From positions 12,975-76,974 of the forward strand of contig JAVBWN010000031.1 in NCBI GenBank assembly GCA_036677365.1: 64,000 bases of DNA, in the 5' to 3' direction. Within the stretch, counting starts at the first letter, position 1. The number at the start of each line of letters is the position of its first letter. The DNA is from Acholeplasma sp. GTDB lineage: Bacteria; Bacillota_I; Bacilli_A; Acholeplasmatales; UBA5453. Positions 60,561-64,000 of the stretch are shown one piece after another. The notes under the pieces are model-generated. The model was given only the letters and a program-made list of their open reading frames with translations, did not search any database and was not told the DNA's origin. The position numbers and the translations under genes are program-made.

Positions 60561-60903
60561 ATTTTATTTCCTCCTGTTTGATTTCATATACTCGATTGAC
60601 CGAGTTATCGTCATTGACGTATTCTGTAATCATTTGATAATTGAACCCCGATTGATATAAAGCTGATTCTAGTTGCTCTTCGAAGATTGGGTTCTTTGAT
60701 TCTGTGACAAGTGTGATTTGATAGGTGATAATACGAACTGCTGCTATGTTATCTGCATAGTTTTGAACTCTATCGCTGATTTCTTGATAGACAATAAATG
60801 GGTATACATGGAGTTCGTTTGCATCGATTATGTTTGTTCCATAAGATACTCGATTTGGTAAAACACCATCAAGTATCTGGAATAGTTGTTCTATAAAACT
60901 CAT
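60553..60903 (-). CDS. Tail terminator/completion protein
   Basis: PFIVY...YADN...YQITL; position. Confidence 0.7.
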   Translation of the reverse strand: MSFIEQLFQILDGVLPNRVSYGTNIIDANELHVYPFIVYQEISDRVQNYADNIAAVRIITYQITLVTESKNPIFEEQLESALYQSGFNYQMITEYVNDDNSVNRVYEIKQEEIKYE

Positions 60904-61286
60904 GCGGATCCACCTCTTTCAATAATCGATTTGATTTTCTCAACCATATCCGGTGCGAATGCATCAAATGCCGGTCGCATGAATGGACGTGGTCCCACAA
61001 ACTTACCACCACGATGTGTAAATCCAAACTCAAGTAAATGAGTTAGCCTTCCTTTAGTGCTTGAATAGATGGCGATACGCTTATTAATCCCCTCACCTTC
61101 AGGAATAGCAACAAACGATTCTGCAAAACCATATGCCTGACCACTCTTCGGTGCTTTTGATTGAATGTAAGCCAATACTTTATCTGCGGTTTCGTCTAGT
61201 ACTTTTTCCATTTCTTTGATGATATCTTCTGCATAAGATTCGACAAGTTCACTAATTCCAAGTGCTAATTCATCCAATGAGACCAT
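60900..61286 (-). CDS. HK97 gp10-like tail completion protein
   Basis: LTHLLEFG...RPFMRPA. Confidence 0.85.
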   Translation of the reverse strand: MVSLDELALGISELVESYAEDIIKEMEKVLDETADKVLAYIQSKAPKSGQAYGFAESFVAIPEGEGINKRIAIYSSTKGRLTHLLEFGFTHRGGKFVGPRPFMRPAFDAFAPDMVEKIKSIIERGGSA

Positions 61287-61608
61287 CAATATCACCTTTT
61301 TTAATCTTTGTTTCAACAAAATAAAGCTCAATAAACTGACCGCTGATGTAGGTTCGTTCGATTTTATAAACCTTTGAATCAATCAATGCATGTCTCGATC
61401 CATCATATAAGAAGCTTTGAATCTTGACTGCAACATCAATTCTGATGTCTGTTTTCTTGCTTTCATAATATTCTTTTGAAGTCACTGAAAGATTAATCCC
61501 AATAACCTCTTTAGAGCTTGTAAGTAATAGTGTTCGATTGCCGATAGAATCTGGTGTGTTGGCTAGTTTTAGAAGCGTTACTTTTATGTTAGGAGAGCTT
61601 GGAAACAT
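61270..61608 (-). CDS. Head-closure (stopper) protein
   Basis: SVTSKEYY...YKIERTY...IELY; position. Confidence 0.75.
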   Translation of the reverse strand: MFPSSPNIKVTLLKLANTPDSIGNRTLLLTSSKEVIGINLSVTSKEYYESKKTDIRIDVAVKIQSFLYDGSRHALIDSKVYKIERTYISGQFIELYFVETKIKKGDIDGLIG

Positions 61609-61895
61609 TAGGAAGTACTTCCTTTCGTGAATGATAGCTGTTTGATGAGCATTTCAAAACTCTTCGGAAGTTCTTTCACAGACCCATCGTTCTTAAAACC
61701 AAAGAACGTCTTACAGTAAATAAGGATGAGGGAATCCACGATTGGGACTCCCTCACCATTTACCACATCATCGGCCACACCGACAGAACGAATGAGTTCT
61801 TTACAAGCCTCAATATGAGACAACAACTCCTCATCAGCATATGTTTCTGTTAGAGGAATCAAGAGTGCTTTCTTCACTGTATCGAGTATGGCCAT
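61608..61895 (-). CDS. Head-tail connector (gp6-like)
   Basis: LDTVKKAL...DEEL...IEAC...LIYCKTFFG. Confidence 0.75.
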   Translation of the reverse strand: MAILDTVKKALLIPLTETYADEELLSHIEACKELIRSVGVADDVVNGEGVPIVDSLILIYCKTFFGFKNDGSVKELPKSFEMLIKQLSFTKGSTS

Positions 61896-61911
61896 GATTT
61901 AGTCCCTCCGA

Positions 61912-63042
61912 TTAGGCAGCGGCTTTCTTCTTGATACGAAGGAAACCTTTATAACCTACCACATTACCACCAGTGAATACGGATGCTTTGTAGCAGATAA
62001 TGCCGTCTTTAAATTTGTAATCTGTCGATTTGCCAATTTCAACTGGTGAGAAGATAGGCACTTCATAGTTCTTGAGTGAACCATAAGCCATCGCATATTC
62101 ACCTGCAGTGGTTGCACTGTCAGCGATCGCTTTGCAATGTGAGTTGATCACATATGGAATGCCATCGATGGTTTGATTGATGTAATCAACGGTATGAACC
62201 TTACGACCTTCGGAAGTACGAAGACCAGCAAATGCACGCAAGTCATTCTTATTCAGGATAAGAACTGCACCACCCTCAACTTCTTCATCCCCACCATAAG
62301 CAAAAATGATGTCATCCAAAGTCGTATCAGTGATTGCGGAAATTTCAAGCGGAGTCGTATCCGATAATGCAACTGCTTGATCGCTGAAGATACCAGTGAA
62401 AGTGTTCGATGTTCCAGCACCTCGTAGGATTTGTTCAGAGATTTTCTTTTTCAAGGATACATTGATGTTTCTAAGTACCTCTGCTTGATAAGGAATGCTT
62501 GGAAGCTTTTCAAGTTCTTCTGTGATTTCGGTGTAGGCAGTAATCTTAACCTTCGTAATGGTGACATAGCCAAATGTAGGTTCAGTCTCATTGTAAGTTT
62601 GACCTTCAAGGGTAGTTCCAGCAATGCCATTCGATTTCACAAATGATTTCTTGTAGGTTTCACCACCGTTAAGGTTGATGATATTGACCTTGTCCACCAA
62701 AGTAGATACTTGGGCATACGGAACTGGTGCTAAACCATTTGACACCGTTTCAGGAACCAAAACTTCCGAACTTGATACTTGGATAACTCGATTTTCACGG
62801 AGCTGTTTACCGCGTAGTTCTAGGGTTTCCTTATTGTCGGTTCGTGCATCAATGACAATCGGTTTGATTTCGACTTTGGAAGCAATCATCATCTTTTTAT
62901 CGATGACAGAGCGTTCCTCTTGTAGGGTATTGCATTCAGTATCGAATGCTTCAAGTTTTGCTACATCTGATTCCGATTCAACAAGTGAGCGAATCTCAGT
63001 TAAGCGTGCTTCAATTTCTTTACGTCTTTTTTCTAAATTCAT
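61912..63042 (-). CDS. Major capsid protein, HK97 fold
   Basis: N-terminal coiled-coil delta domain, ITEEL, ILRGAG, IDGIPY. Confidence 0.92.
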   Translation of the reverse strand: MNLEKRRKEIEARLTEIRSLVESESDVAKLEAFDTECNTLQEERSVIDKKMMIASKVEIKPIVIDARTDNKETLELRGKQLRENRVIQVSSSEVLVPETVSNGLAPVPYAQVSTLVDKVNIINLNGGETYKKSFVKSNGIAGTTLEGQTYNETEPTFGYVTITKVKITAYTEITEELEKLPSIPYQAEVLRNINVSLKKKISEQILRGAGTSNTFTGIFSDQAVALSDTTPLEISAITDTTLDDIIFAYGGDEEVEGGAVLILNKNDLRAFAGLRTSEGRKVHTVDYINQTIDGIPYVINSHCKAIADSATTAGEYAMAYGSLKNYEVPIFSPVEIGKSTDYKFKDGIICYKASVFTGGNVVGYKGFLRIKKKAAA

Positions 63043-63061
63043 GATTTTTTCTCCTTTTGAT

Positions 63062-63652
63062 TTAGTAATTTGTTTTGATACGGATTTTCTTTTTCATCAC
63101 TTCAACATGCTGTTTCTGCTCTTCTAACTCCATAGCCTTTAGTTCTACATCCATAGACTCCAAAGATCGAGCATATATACTAGTTGAATCGTAGGCTGGA
63201 GTATCTACCACTGAGACATCATAGAGCCTTCCGATTTTAGTGATGATACGTTTAGGGATTTTGCCTTCTTTATTCCATAACTGTTCTTCAACAGTGAAAG
63301 CAAAGCTCATCTTATCAAGTAGGCCACTGCGGACCATCTTGTAGATGTCTTGATTGGATTGTGTGTCGACTAATTCAGCTTGTACTTTCAAGCCAATGTT
63401 ATCGACCGATAATGTCAGTGATTTATTCTTAGTTCGAGCGATGATAAGGTATGAGTCCATATGGTTATACTTCATAGGTACATCTTTCATCTGAGTGTTT
63501 TGTAACGCTCGATGGTCGATTGACTCAACGAAACCGTACTCTTCATTTCCGATGAGTGTTTCCTGGTTGAACACAATCGCATAACCTTCTAGGGTCATCT
63601 TACCTTCAGCTTCTTCAAACTTAACATCCGCAAGTCTTGTCTCTTTAATCAT
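63062..63652 (-). CDS. HK97 family prohead protease
   Basis: GYAIVFN, YNH, KMSFAF, LYDVSVVDTPAY. Confidence 0.93.
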   Translation of the reverse strand: MIKETRLADVKFEEAEGKMTLEGYAIVFNQETLIGNEEYGFVESIDHRALQNTQMKDVPMKYNHMDSYLIIARTKNKSLTLSVDNIGLKVQAELVDTQSNQDIYKMVRSGLLDKMSFAFTVEEQLWNKEGKIPKRIITKIGRLYDVSVVDTPAYDSTSIYARSLESMDVELKAMELEEQKQHVEVMKKKIRIKTNY

Positions 63653-63845
63653 TGGTTCTCACCTCTATTTTTGGTTTGATAGGTTTTCCTTCTACAATGT
63701 ATTCAAGTTCTGAATCCTTGTAGTGAAAACTAGTTATTTTATTCTCTTTGCAAAACTCATCAATGATTTGTGATTTTGCTTTCTGCGTTTCTAGAATCAC
63801 TTTGAGTGCTTCTTTTGATATCGTTCCATTAACTGTGACTTTCAT
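63645..63845 (-). CDS. Small hypothetical phage protein (66 aa)
   Basis: SD GAGGAG before ATG 63845; overlaps both portal and protease. Confidence 0.6.
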   Translation of the reverse strand: MKVTVNGTISKEALKVILETQKAKSQIIDEFCKENKITSFHYKDSELEYIVEGKPIKPKIEVRTND

Positions 63846-64000
63846 CTTTGTTCTCCTCACCAACTTGATATTTGTTTGCCTTATCCGCATCCACAAAGTT
63901 GAGCGATTGCAGTCGCTTGTTTCCACCCTCAATAGGTTCTAGTCCAAGCAAAGCTCTGGATTCATTTAAGGTCATGATCCCTAGGCTCATCAGTTTTTCG
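63829..64000 (-). CDS. Portal protein, C-terminal part (runs off the right edge)
   Basis: Hand translation EKLMSLGIMTLNESRALLGLEPIEGGNKRLQSLNFV..., the HK97 portal C-terminal motif. Confidence 0.85.
   Translation of the reverse strand, partial: EKLMSLGIMTLNESRALLGLEPIEGGNKRLQSLNFVDADKANKYQVGEENKDESHS

Larger units (their letters stand above)
46572..64000 (-). mobile_element. HK97-type siphovirus prophage (continues past the right edge; its left end probably extends over the cargo to ~40.4 kb)
   Basis: Canonical order portal-protease-capsid-connectors-tail-TMP-Dit-baseplate-fibres-holins, followed by tandem serine recombinases. Confidence 0.92.

Noticed and set aside
62675..63127. Antisense ORFs in the track (for example 62675-63127, 31695-32099, 16919-17206, 23085-23399)
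   Set aside because: Shadows of well-supported genes on the other strand, with no SD or motifs

Overview
The window looks like an Acholeplasmataceae (wall-less Mollicutes) chromosome. This is inferred from the gene content, the standard TGA-stop code and a phage lacking an endolysin. Left (1-9.1 kb): a defence island with a type II-A CRISPR-Cas locus of S. thermophilus CRISPR1-like layout (cas9-tracrRNA-cas1-cas2-long csn2; the array lies outside the window), an AIPR-HRDC fusion and a HIT-HNH pair. Middle (9-37 kb): pdhABCD, lplA, pepF, a GGDEF protein, a LytTR/GHKL-controlled surface-repeat protein, small AT-rich orphans, a decayed IS3 and groESL with a CIRCE site. Right (37.5-64 kb): two arrays of ~32-bp degenerate repeats separated by an intact IS66 (8-bp TSD), a cargo block (DegV, HAD, ABC exporter, PadR, RNase III) and the integration, lysis, tail and head modules of an HK97-type siphoprophage with tandem large serine recombinases. 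Most notable: (1) a stand-alone, divergent RNase III behind a ~200-nt highly structured leader RNA that ends in a terminator-like long hairpin; (2) the repeat motif recurs exactly in the leader of the recombinase operon; (3) the lysis region has holin-like genes and a nucleotidyltransferase but no endolysin; (4) the tail-chaperone extension lies in the +1 frame.
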